Shown: one piece after another, positions 16,813 to 29,468 of the stretch | Numbering within the stretch: the first letter of the stretch is position 1 | Layout: each line of letters starts with the position of its first letter | Assembly (NCBI GenBank): GCA_904063045.1 | Contig: CAJFCJ010000019.1 | Location: forward strand, 3,723,409 to 3,787,408 | Length of the DNA: 64,000 nucleotides | Reading direction: 5' to 3' | Source of the DNA: Dimorphilus gyrociliatus | Taxonomy: Eukaryota > Animalia > Annelida | Translations under genes and position numbers: made by a program | The notes under the pieces: generated by a model | Told to the model about the DNA's origin: nothing | The model's database searches: none | Seen by the model: the letters and a program-made list of their open reading frames with translations, nothing else

Positions 16813-19463
16813 TTACAAATAGTAAAGTTTGTCAGCCAAATTAGATGATGGCTCGGCATGCATACTTTGACCAACCAAATAAGCGAGTCGATGAGCGTAT
16901 TGCACAGGAGCGGGAACTCGAATAGTTCCTTGCCAGTTGTAATAGAGATGACAGAGTTTATACGTTAGCCGATGAATATGATCAGGCTTAAGGTGCGAAG
17001 TGTCATAAATGACATTATAATGAGTTGGAGTTACAGTTCCCTGATTCACACTCTGAGAGACAACGAAAAAGTCATACCACTCTTGTTTTGTTACGGTTTG
17101 ATCGATAACTGTTCCTGGAGCTGGATTTCTCATAGTTCCAGAGTCGAGGAAGAATCTAGCATTGATTCTCTTTTTCACAACAATATAAGTAATCTTCGGA
17201 ACGTATGTTTCGTCAATACGTTTTGCAGCTTCAAGAAGTTGCGGAACTTCTTGTTCAAAGACAGTTTTTAGCTGTCCATCACCAACGCCATCACGGTAAA
17301 TCATGATTCTATCGGGGAGGTTCTGGTCTTTAGGATCCCTCGGTACACGGCTATAGTGTCTAAGTGCGGACACAAAGCACTGGGTGATACCGCTCAACAG
17401 TTCTTGGTGGTTGGATTGAAAGAGTACTTTAGAAAAGTACTTAGTAAATAGTTTATCGTACGAGGCGACAAATGCCCCAATGGATCGACCCTTTTTAGAA
17501 GAGTCATGGTACGAATCAATCCCAACCACCATCATGTTGCGAACTGGGATATCACAAGACCAGACACTCCCCCCTAGCTTGCAATTGATTTGGATGGCGA
17601 TTTTGGTGGCAACAGACATTAGTTTGTCGGGTTTGCTTATGGTCTTGGTCATGACGACTTGGCTTGGTATCCCTGCTTCTAAATAACAAAATTTTTTGAT
17701 CGAGTCATATCGTTCCTTACGATTGTTCGTTGCAATAACATTGACTAACTGAGTTGTGTTAGTAACATGTCGACGCAAATGTTCCATGTAGGTTGCAGTT
17801 GAATCGTTGGTCAGTTGAATTACGGTTGGTGTTCCAAAGTTCATACCAATCTGCTTAGCTACATGCTTCAATTTATCCACATAGCTGCGAGCATAGCTAG
17901 TGTCTCTGGCTGTGCAAATTAACAACCAATTTTGAATCTGCACAGGTTGCATTATCTTTTTATCTTGCATATCCCTGGCCCAGTCAGCAGTTCTGGGGTT
18001 TACCGTAAATTCTTGGTGCAAATTTACTTTAATCTTTTCCGACAGAAGCTCTCTTCCAGTCAGTTTTATGAGATCTTTTTCAATATTTAAGTTCCAGCTC
18101 TTTAATTCTTCTTGAACGCTTGGAGTGGTATGAATTTTCTTGATTAAATTTCTTAACTTGTCAACTCTTTGGTCAGGTGATTGTCTTGTGTGAATTGCTA
18201 AATCTTTCATAACACGAAAATCAGTTCGCATCTGATCAGATAATCCAGTTAGTGTGCAAAGTTCGGGAAGGAGACGTATTGGTTCAGTTAATCCTCGTCG
18301 TATGTCTTTTCGTTTCGGATTAGAAACTAAAAGGGGTTGTTTCATATCAGTTATTTCTAAATTATATTGAGTCTGGAAATATTCTTTAAATGATATCTTC
18401 TTTCCCCTACATTCGAAGGTATGAGAAGGATTTTCCTTCCATTCAATATCGTCTATTCTATAAGTTTTATTATTATAACGTGTTAAAACGATTTGACCAA
18501 TAATTTCTCGAGCCGCTATATCGTAGAAGTTTTTTGGGTTTTTTTCGTACAAGTCGTATAAAATATCCAACACCGTATCAATTCTCATCATCTTATGGGA
18601 TACCTCAGCGCATAGTAGAACATCTCTTTCATAAGGCATTATACTAGTTATATAACCTGGCCATAACTCCATTTTGTGCTGGTTCACCATAATGGGGTCA
18701 TTTGGTTGATAAAAGTGACGACCAACTTCTTTCATGTTCATAGCCGATAGCATTTTACGTTGAATTAGGTTCATCAATTGCAGAGCTGTTGGATGATTTG
18801 GAGGAATTTCTTTACGAAGGGTTACTTTCATGGTTACTTCTTCATCCCGTTTCGTTTTTGATCTCAAAATAGTTGGATTTTGAGGTAATTTTTTTGTCAT
18901 AAAAAGGATAGCACCATCGAAAGCTGAAGTTTTACCAATGATATCTTGATGTTGAAATAGCAAGGCCTTTCTAAGTTTCTTTGAGTCCATTTCAGGTTTG
19001 AATTCCACCGAGTATTGACATACCCAATTTGATGGAAAAGTGAATCTAAAAAAATTGGCCCGAAGGTTTACAGTTCTTCCAGATATCCCTTTTATTGAAA
19101 ACAAGGGTTAATTGAATTTCACTTAAAAATATGTTTATATTTACCGGTTTTATCAGCACCCGGTTTCCTAAATATGGCAACCTCATAAGGATCGGCTCTT
19201 CTTGGATCCTCAGATATGTTCGTCTTCCGCATTCGCTCTTCAATCTCAATAGTTCGAACAGGAAGTCCCGCTCCTCCTCGAACAGTTGCTCGTCCCATTG
19301 AGGCTGCTTCCTGAAATTAAATTAATTCGTGAAACAAGAAAAAAGAATGAAATGGCATTCCACATACCCCACTTGTGCTCTCTTGGCTTGGATGAGGAAC
19401 GGCATCTCTATCTGCTTGTCCACGTGCTCGTCCACGAGCGCGTCCACGTGCACGGCCAGTCAT
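16813..19463 (-). CDS. piwi: Piwi-clade Argonaute (PIWIL1-like)
   Basis: Exons 19368-19463 (MTGRARGRARGRARGQ..., like the PIWIL1 N-terminus), 19145-19310 and 16813-19088. PAZ, MID and PIWI domains are present with the D-E-D-H tetrad (GIDSYHD, NHQELL, YRDGV, YAHRLA) and terminal LYYL. Confidence 0.98.
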
Positions 19464-20425
19464 TGGCTGCAAAAAGTGACCTAGTTAATGACTGATGAAA
19501 ATGGTTTTAAAAAAAAACAACTAGATTTTGGTATTGTGCAAATGTTCAGTATTTAACAATAATGACGATAATGTTAAATATTAGCTGTCTAGCTACAAGC
19601 ATACACTGTTAACTTGCGTAATGGCATGTCAGCCATCTTGTTAGTGTTGTAAATTAAAAACTGAAATATCTCTAGATATCACATTAACTTTACGCTATAT
19701 TTCATGTTGAAGGAAAAAGTTGAGGATACAGAAAGTAAAGAAGCTGGTTAGGCCAATATGCTTCTAGATAGTAACTCTCCAACCTCATAGTTAGTTGCTA
19801 TAAGCATTAAATTAATTAAAAGAAAGGTGCAATTATGTAATTGCAGTTAGAAATATAGCAGGTGTCAAGTACTGCTACCCCTAAGCCTTACCTCTAAGTC
19901 AGTAACAACTGTAGAATGTAAGTAGAATTGAAGTTGATTTTTGCTTAGATGTTCTTCAGTTGGACGAACAGTTCAAAGTGACTAAGCATGGAGAAAGTGT
20001 GAAAGCCATGAAAAGACATTTGCTTTAGGGCACTAATCACACTCAAGATAATATCCTAATTGGTAGATAACCAATCAGCTTTGACAATTTGACTTTTTAA
20101 GCCATGCTGATTGGTTTATAGAAACAGTACAATTTTGAACATTTCACCCCTTTTAAGCATTGTCTTTGGGTGAATACGCCATTTCTATAATTTGACCTTT
20201 TTGACCTCTAATGAGCGTTCAATGTCATAAACAAACTTCATTTAAGTCTTTTTTCAAAAAAACAAACTAGTGTAAATGATGCTAAGTTTCATACTCTTTC
20301 CAATAATAACTTTTTTATTGAAAAATATCTTATAATATAAGGATAACTAGTCCAAAAATATAGCGGAAAATTCCAAGGGATAGTTGTCCATTTTAAAACT
20401 TATAGGAATTTCAACAGGAACAAAA

Positions 20426-23400
20426 CTAGAAGTTTACGATTGATGGACGGTCCTCCCTTGAATCGTCTCTCGTTTTTGTAGATAATCTGCGCCTAACATC
20501 GAATTTTGAATTTGACTTTATCTTCCATTTGTTGTTGTCCATAAAATAGGTGTTCTGTGTTTGTTAGTTGAAATATCAATTTTTATGATTAGCCTACGAA
20601 TTCAACAATTTACAATAACTCCGGTTGCGCTACTTTGTAATCCGTCTCCTCTTTGAAATTTCAAATCTTCCCTGTCTTTCGTCAAAGCATAAAACGCCTC
20701 CGATACATGTATCATCATTGATTTACCAAGGGCTTCTAGTTCGCAAACCGTCGATACGGTATCTCCCACTAAAGTGTACTTCGGAGACTTGCCTCCTTTC
20801 TGACCTAAAACACCCGCAGTAACTGTTCCTGAATGTAATCCGATTCGAATTGCAACCTGTTCTTTGAGACCTTCAATCTGAAATATACAGTATATATAAA
20901 GAGTATATATAGGGTTTTAGTTTTGTAGCTATTATTATTAAATACTAGATTTTCTATACCTCAAACGTTTTAGTCCAATCCCTTATTTTAATCGACATAT
21001 CTGCAATGAGATGTGCGTGACGCTGATTTTTTATCGGTAATCCACTCGCAACCATATAAGCGTCTCCGACAGTTTCCATTTTGAAGGCTCTAAACTCAGT
21101 AGTTATTTTATCAAATCCGCTATATAGATCGTTCAGCATAGCCACCTGATACCAGGGGATTTAGTTAAAAGCTAATTAAGTTATTATTTAATTATCCCTA
21201 ACTTACAACAGTGTTTGGGGTATTTCTGGAGCATAATTTAGTGAATTGAACAATATCGGAATAGTAGAGGCTAACTGCTTGATATTCAACTGGAGTGATA
21301 TGGATCCCTTTCTATATGATTTAATAATCTCAATTTGTATAAAAACTAATTAATTACTTTATTCTTCTACCAATAAAGCTTCTGCTGTTGAATGAGGTAA
21401 GAGCGATTTTAACAACTTATCTGCCTTATCTTTAGCATCTTTAGCCTCTTCAGTCCTCTTCCCTGTCAACTCTTCCAAATTATCAGCATACCTACTCAGA
21501 TACAGGAAAGAGTTCGTCATAAAATAGAAATTGATTCTTATAATGCAGCTGACTTATCGAGTTTGCTTGTAATTATGTCCATAATATTCAGCTTTCTTCC
21601 GCAGTTAATGGAATTTATCCTTTTGACAACCACTCTGGCCTCTGGCCTGTCTGCTGGCTCTTCACTCCAGCATTTGGACATGACACGCATAACAACCTGT
21701 GATTTAAATTGGTTTATTAGTGTTATTTTCTATTGAAATGTCTTCTGGCAGACATCCAAACGATTTTCGGGGATGGGAAGTGTTTCATTCTTCTTATCGT
21801 CGATACTATCTGACATAGGTTTGAGCTCACCGTCCATTTTCCTAAAAATTGGTCTGTACGGATTAGGGCCCCCTAGTTTTACTGCTTCAACCGTATTTAT
21901 AATGTCCTCAGATTGTAGGGGCGATGGTAGGAAAAACGGTTCGGCTCGAAATAGAATGCATTGCATAAGTATAGCTAAAGCGTAGACGTCAGCGTCTTGC
22001 GTTCCGTAACGAAAGTTTGCCCTTTCGTCAGTTGTCATTCGTAAAATCTCAGGGGCAACCCATAAATCCGCAGGCCTAAAGTGTTAATTTTTTTCGACTT
22101 CGCCTTTAAGAATATAATAAATTTTAACTTACTCAACCTCCTCTACTTCATTCAAAGGAGGGGTAGAATCTTCCTGCATCCTATCTCTTTTGTTTTTGGC
22201 AAAGAGTTTTTGTTTCCGTTTAGCATCAAAGAAACTATATAAGCCATATAAAGTAATCTTAACAACCCAACGGTCATCGACAACGCACGAATCGTAGTTT
22301 AAAGAACCGTGTTTACCCAATGCTGAGGAGTGAATATAGTTTAGGCCATTTGACAGATCCATTACAAAAGATAAGCGGAAAGCAAGGTCGAGTTTCGTTT
22401 CTTTAGCGTGTAAGACTCGTCTCAGAGTTCCTTTTGGAGAGTGTAAATATAAAGCATATATTCCCGGATAGGTTACAGTAACACCTAAAAACGGACAGAT
22501 ATTGTCGTCTTTCATAAGTTTCATATGTTCTAGCTCATCGCGATCTTTGTCAGTTAATTCAATATCAATGTTACGAAAGGAGACAACATCTACAATTTCA
22601 CCCCTAAAAATGGCCGTCTACAATGTTGAAACTTGATAAGTAATTGCAAAAAAATTTCAAATATTATTCTCTTTACCCCGAAGCTGCTATCTGTTTTAGG
22701 TAGTCTTCTATCCAATATATCATTAGGATCTACTTTCCAAGTAGACCTTTTTAATCTTTCTCTTTTTAAGCGATTCTGATTCAACATATATGCAAAGAGG
22801 CATAAAATCAGAAAAACGGATGTGGATATGATAAAAACTTTGTTTTGTTAAAAGGGAATAAAAAAGATTTATTCAAAAGGAAAATGGAAAAAATTGAGAA
22901 GGTAAATATACCAGTTGTTCTAGTCAATTCCAGTTTATTTTTCTCACCATCGATCCTAATCGATTTTGAAACTGGAATAAAATTATCTGGTCCAAGTATA
23001 CAATTGTTATTAGCCCAATACAAGCCCAAGTCCTCCACTTGAATCTCGTCCCTACAAACGATAATAACACTACATCGATTATAAACAACCAAGTGCCCTA
23101 ATCTCTATTGATAAGATTATTTTAAGAGCGTAAGCAAGTATCTCTCAAACAGAAAAGAAGAATAATAAAAGGAAAAGTAAAAGAAAAAAAAAACGAACGT
23201 CTCGGTGAATAAGAGTCTCATGCCTATTTTACCGGCCACCTCTGTTGGATTGAAGGACCATACAACATAATCATAAACGACGTTACCGTTCCCATTTATC
23301 CTTATTGATTTATTTAGCGGCGGGCTGTAAAAGGAGGTATTTGCGATGCGGTTTAGAAAATTCCCATTTAGTTTATTTTTTTCCGATCTATTCATAATCT

Positions 23401-24926
23401 GGCACATAATTCGTGCAGCATTGTAAGAATACACATTTTCGGCTGGTAAGGGAATTTTCTTTTGCCTAACATTTTCAAATTTGTAAATGGACAAATGTTG
23501 AAAGGTTAAAATAGACATTTTTAGAATAAACCATAAATAATAATTAACAATTAACATTTATCTATTACCTAATCCCTTCGAGGATCTTCCCATCTATAGT
23601 AGTATTTTGCCAATTGCTCAAATTGTATAATTTACTCACGTACTTTCTCAATATAGTGGATTCGAAATCTGAATAAGTCGTAAAATTCTCAATACCTATC
23701 ATTTTCAGAGAACTATAATGTCGGCGGATTTCGGGCTTATTCGCTCCGTCGATTGGCCAAGGACGGAGAAAGTTTATTGATGGTTTCAAGTTGAACGCTA
23801 TCTGATTTTTGTCAGGCAATTGTTTATATTAAATTTAATATACTGAATATAACTTACTAATAAATAGTCTGGTGCTGAGATACCCAATTTTAGGGCAACT
23901 TGCATTAAAAACCTTAAGAGTTTGTTTGATGTACAAAATATCAAAAGACGAATATGAGATAGAGCTACTTTTAATTTATGAGATATCTCAGTTTCGTAAT
24001 ATTCGCTAGATGTAGACATATATTGAGGGAACTAAATAGAGGAAGAGGAAGTAGATTATATATAACAATAGATAGATGCAATTTGTTAATAAACTGCCTT
24101 ACTAAGCTATATTTCGTTCTAATTTACTTATTTTATACAAATAATGGGTAACATTTCAACTCGCCTCAATTTCAACTAAATTAATACTGCGCTTTCCCAA
24201 TAGGAAGTTGATTTCATCACTTCGAATATCGCATCTATTTCTCTCGCGAATAAATGCTGCCGTTTCAGCCCAATTACAAAGCTAATAATTGAATAAATCC
24301 TAGATTGTTCTTCAATGCATATTATTTGCTTATATGAATAAAGAAAAAAATTGGCAAACCTTTAGAAATTCTACCAATATACGACTTAATTGAAAACTTG
24401 AAGGAAATCCTTTAATCAAAGACCTGAACGTATTCTTGTCATCCGAAACATAATCACTCAAGCCCAAAGCCATAAGAAGACTATTCGTTGGATTTCCGAT
24501 TGAATATAATAAAGCAGCTTGACTAGATTGTCTACAAATAGGTCCAAAAAAGAGCTTTAAATGCTTTTTTTCAATAAACACCCTCGTATTGTATTCGTTC
24601 CCAATACAATTCGACTTTATGAAGAGTAGGCGAATATTTATTCTCTTTTTGCTAGAACACACAAGAGAATGAGAAACATCTTTATTGTAAAAAAAAAGGC
24701 GCTTTGTATGTATAGAAGATGGGCAAAAAAACCTAATAATTTCTTCTTCGTAACACTTGTCAATTCCGTATAAAAACCCATATCCTATCCTCTCCCAAGC
24801 TCCTTTATTACTTATTTTTCGCATATTTTTGACATCATCAGGTAACGTTATACCAATATTTATATTTGCAGTTGTCAAAATCCGATAGACTTTAATAAAA
24901 ATCACGACTATTGTTGAGAAACGCAT
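20426..24926 (-). CDS. Receptor-type (membrane) guanylyl cyclase with degenerate catalytic domain
   Basis: Multi-exon gene: signal peptide MRFSTIVVIFIKV (ATG about 24926), ANF-receptor-like ectodomain (FFGPIC), TM VFIISTSVFLILCLFAYML, kinase-homology domain (HGSLNYDSCVVDDRWVVKITLYG, LWVAPEIL, CWSEEPADRP), hinge YADNLEELTGKRT...LLPHS, and cyclase domain (YSDIVQFT, KMETVGDAYMVASGLP, IRIGLHSG, KYTLVGDTVSTVCELE). Last exon 20426-20554. Confidence 0.92.
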
Positions 24927-25708
24927 CAATTGTGATTTTTCTATCTGTTTCACTCAGCTCTGTAATTATTTATATGGTGAAAATTTTTCTTTTTCTCTTT
25001 TCTTTAGTATAAGAGCAAACAATGATACAGAACCTTTTTTCTTTATAGCGTCTCTTTTTTTATTATAGTTTTTCTTGTCCTTTCTTGTAGGACTGGAAGT
25101 TGTAGTTGACCTGATTATTCAGCCAAGAAATAGCAAATTATATTAATGTATGGAAATTTATCTTTATTCAAGGACAAATTTTTTTTTTCTTTTAAATTAT
25201 TCATATTTTTTTTATTTACAAGTTGTTCTATTTGAATATTTTATGGACCTTTACTTATGTTGGGGTTAACCTTTTCTTTTATTATTTGAATCAATAAAAA
25301 ATACGTTTGGAGATGGAGAGAGAGAGAGAGAGAGAGAAATACAGACGGAGACACAGAAAGAAAGAGGGAGTAACTTGAAAATTGCGTTACGAAATATGTG
25401 TCAGCTTTGTTTTCTTATTTTTATTAATGACGTTCCGTGTTTTCCTTACATAAAGGCTTAATAAAAAAGAGGTCGTTAATTATCAGTATAGAAAAGATAA
25501 GATAGTTTCGAACGCTGCAGTTTCATTTTCTCTCCTAATTAGAATATTTTTCCTGATTTATAATAAATATATCATAAATTTTTATAAAGAAGAACTAATA
25601 TCCGATTCTTTTTTTAAATAACCAATCAACATCAATAATTAGTGTTGGACGGAAATTCGATATTTGATTGAATTTTTTGTCTGGTGTTGCCTAATTTATT
25701 AAAGATAG

Positions 25709-25709
25709 G

Positions 25710-25741
<32 letters not shown>

Positions 25742-25755
25742 TAGAGATAGAGAGC
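25709..25755. repeat. (GA)n microsatellite; a shorter GA tract lies at about 25316-25337
   Basis: Directly visible gagagaga run. Confidence 0.9.
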
Positions 25756-26051
25756 GAAAGAAACATTATTAAAAATACGATAGCTTTTTTAAATTAAGAC
25801 TTTTATTGCCGAAGTTTATTTATTTAGAACCTAATTTAAATATAGATATGATTTTTATTTGTTCATTAGTTTCCAATAAATAAAGAGCCAAAAATTATAT
25901 TTTCATTTAGAGTAAAAAATAAAAAATAGGGAGAAACGACTGAAAATGAAAGCTTCGAATGCTTAGTCGCCTGAATACTCTATAAAGCAGTCTGAAAAGC
26001 GTGAGCAATTTATCTATGGATAAGTCTTATTCGTTAATAGCTTATTTTTTT

Positions 26052-27734
26052 TTAGCTTTCACTAGTCCTTGATGAATCGCATAATCTTAATATGAAGTCA
26101 GTTTCATTTTCGTAAACACTATTAAATTTAGATTCAAAATCGTCTGCTTCATCTTTGGATTTCGTTAGAGTTTTCAATAGATTTCTTAATTCATTTTCAC
26201 ATTGAGATTCGGTTAGAGTTGCAGAATTCTTCGATAACGGTTTTTCGATTTCGTTTTGTAACTCAGGTTCAGGTTCGGGTTTTTTTTCGGATTCGTTTTC
26301 ATCAATACTTAAAAGCTCTTTCATCATATCGTCATACGTATACTCATCTCCAGCTTCGTCCTCTAATTCTAAGCTTTCGTCTTTCTTATCCTCTATTTCC
26401 TGAGAAACTTCATCGGCTGACTTTTTCAATTCGCTCAAATTTAATTTATCATCTGCTCTGCTCTCTTCTTCAACTCGACGTTCCAATTCTAAAAAGTCAT
26501 CCAAATCTGGCGAAAGACATCCAGAAGCGGTAGTAGTCGATTCATTTTTGCAGTCTTGAAATAATTTAAGCACATTTTCGTAAAAGGCATCATTGTTTAT
26601 CCAGCTATGGCTGCAGGCTTGTAAAAGGGTCAACCTCTTAGAAGCACGAGGATTGAGAAGTCTAGTAATCAGATTATGAGCACCAGAGTAAAATTCAGGT
26701 TCGGAAAATTGCCCCAAAGTAATATTTTTTTTAATCTCGTCGAATTTATCACCCGAAAAAGGCATGTTCCCATAAACGAAAGTATACAATATTACCCCCA
26801 AACTCCACATGTCAACCTATTCGAATAGAAGAGAATAGTATAATTCCTATTTGCGTTTATACGATTTTAAGTTGTATTCACTATTCACCTCAGGTCCTTC
26901 GTATGGAATACCATTAACTATTTCTGGAGAAGAATACAATGCACTTCCGCAGAAGGTTGTTAATTTTTCTTCGCCAAAACTATTAGCTAGGCCAAAATCG
27001 CAAATCTGAGTAGATATTTACATATAAGATTTCACTCGAGAGGAAAAAAATCTGATATTTTTTTAAACACTTACTTTTAATTGATGATTTTCATCTAAAA
27101 GTAAATTCTCAAGCTTTAAATCCCTGTGTACAATGCCCTCCTGTAAGCGGTAATTTTACACTTTTTCGAAATATTGACCAAATACTTACGGAATGTAAGT
27201 AGGCTAGCGAAGAGAGGAGCTGTTTGAAGAAATAACGAGCGTCGTCCTCTTCTAAACGACCTTTCTCTTCTATTAAATCGTAGATCTCACCTCTAGCAGC
27301 CAACTCGAGTATAATAACAATATGATTGTCAGATTCAAACACTGAAAAGAGAATTTCCATAACGAATTATTGAACAAAACCAAAAGAGAATTACTACCTT
27401 CAATCACTTGTAATATGTTTTCGTGTTTTAGCGCTGACATAATCTCAATTTCCCTATAGATTCTTAGTAAATCTCGTTTGCCTCCCGTTTTCTCTATATA
27501 ATTTTTATCAATAATTTTCATGGCACACTGTTTTTAAAAAGAAAAAAAGATTTTCTTATAACTTTTTAAAGAAAAACTATAAAAAATAACAGAGATCAAA
27601 TTTATTTTATCTCTTACTTTTTCACCCGAGACTTTATTTACGGCTTTATAAACTGTTCCTGTTGATCCGATTCCCAACTTTTTTCCTACTTCGTATTGAC
27701 TCAGTAATGACTTACGTTCAACAGCCTCAGCCAT
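26052..27734 (-). CDS. NUAK/ARK5-like AMPK-related Ser/Thr kinase with acidic C-terminal tail
   Basis: Spliced exons give [91 protein letters not shown] and PEIVNG.PY.GPEVD are NUAK-family signatures. Confidence 0.85.
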
Positions 27735-29468
27735 ATTTTTTAACGGTTCAAATTATTGTAATAACTTAATGATTGTCAAATACTTTGTAGGAGTGGAATT
27801 CCTAAATATATCCCTATTAGATGAGATGTATATGTTGTCGACTTCAAGTGTTTACACTTTGAAAATGATATGAACAACAATTAAATCGAAAACGGAAACG
27901 GAAATTCCTGTTCAAACGTTCACTACCGGTAAGAAACCGGTGCCAAAAATTGAGCCATACATTTGAAATGCTAGGGGATTAAAGACGGTATAAGTTGTCT
28001 GACTTTAACATCAAAAATCGATAAGAAAATCAAATAAAATCGATAAAATTTTGCGATTATTATTCAGATAGCGTGATACAGTAACCAGCGAAAAAATGCT
28101 TACAAAAATTTAGGTTCTAATGAGGGGTTAATTAAAGGCGACATGGAATTTTTTCCATATATAAATAATTACTAGTTGTATTCGTGCTAAGTGTGAAAGG
28201 ACCGAAAGAGAAATTGCCTCCAGAGACTAAAAACCGCATATGCAGCCCAGGAAGAGTAGCAGAGCGAATAGAATCCAATATTAGATAAAGTCGTATTACA
28301 AAAAGAATAAGAAACAATGCGCCGGCTCATTCACAATAATACACAAGAAATTGATCTGGTAGGCTTTATTGGCTTTGTCTTCTGGAATTACGTTTGGACG
28401 GGCGGAGGTCATGAGAGCAGGATACAGTGTTCGTATAATAGGCCTAAATCGTGACGTCATTGGTGGATTCCCCTCCAGTATATAAAAATGGCGTTGTAGG
28501 TGCCTCGCGCGTTCAAAACTCTACGTCGCTCGTCACGGATCGATCAGGTAATAAATCGGTTTATTAATCGAACTTTTGCGACAGTAAATGGTAATTTCCT
28601 TCGGTATTTGCTTCCATATATTTACAAGCCCGGTGGCTTTGATATACGTGTTGCGTGCGGGAAAAAATAGTTTAATTGAATCATCAGTACAGGTCGTTTC
28701 ATTCTTTAACGGGTGTGTACAATAATAGATTTATTCCGGTTACTCTATAATACTATATTGAATCGGTTTGTAAATTTTTTTTATCTTACGTAATTTAGTT
28801 AACAAGTTGACTGGTGTTGAGTAAGATCCGCCACTTTTTAAAGGGAAAAAAGTGATGCGTTGCAGATGTAAATAAAAAAAACTATTTAAACCTTTAAGAG
28901 GCGCCTATGAAATAGAAGCCAGGTACATGGGAAGTTTTTGTTTGTAACACTAAGAATGCTTTAGACGCCTTTCGGCTATGATGTATTAGCCAGGAGAAAA
29001 TGTCGCATGGTTTGATTAATTAAAGGCATAGAAACGTCAGTTGCGTCTCTAAAGCTTAATATTTCTTGTTAGTAGCGTAACAGTTTGTCGATACGGACTA
29101 TGGATATTTAGTAATTATATCGAGGCGTATCTAATTGCTGCCTGACTCGTTTCTAATGGCGAAAGGACCTGATAAAATGTGTTTTTGGTTTAAAACTAAT
29201 CATTAGGGGCGTCGAAATTTTAAACGAGGTTTCGATATGAAGGTCTTCTATTTCTCTAGTACATTCTCTTATTAAGATTTTTGTCACACCAAACCGTATA
29301 AGAGAATAAAATTGTGTGTAACAGCTGCATCGTTAAAAAAAAATGAGAAAAAAAAAACTAAAACGCATATGCAACAAACAGTGATACGGATGAAAAGAGT
29401 ACAGTCTAATCGGTCAACATCTCTCTAATGCAGCGCAACGAGTGTGTTAATTTCGTTAATGTTTCAGT

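Noticed and set aside
19600-19636. ATG GCT GAC ATG upstream of Piwi as an extended N-terminus
   Set aside because: Splicing to the 19466 acceptor puts it out of frame with an immediate stop; the AAGATGGC context is more likely a YY1-type element in a 5'-UTR exon.
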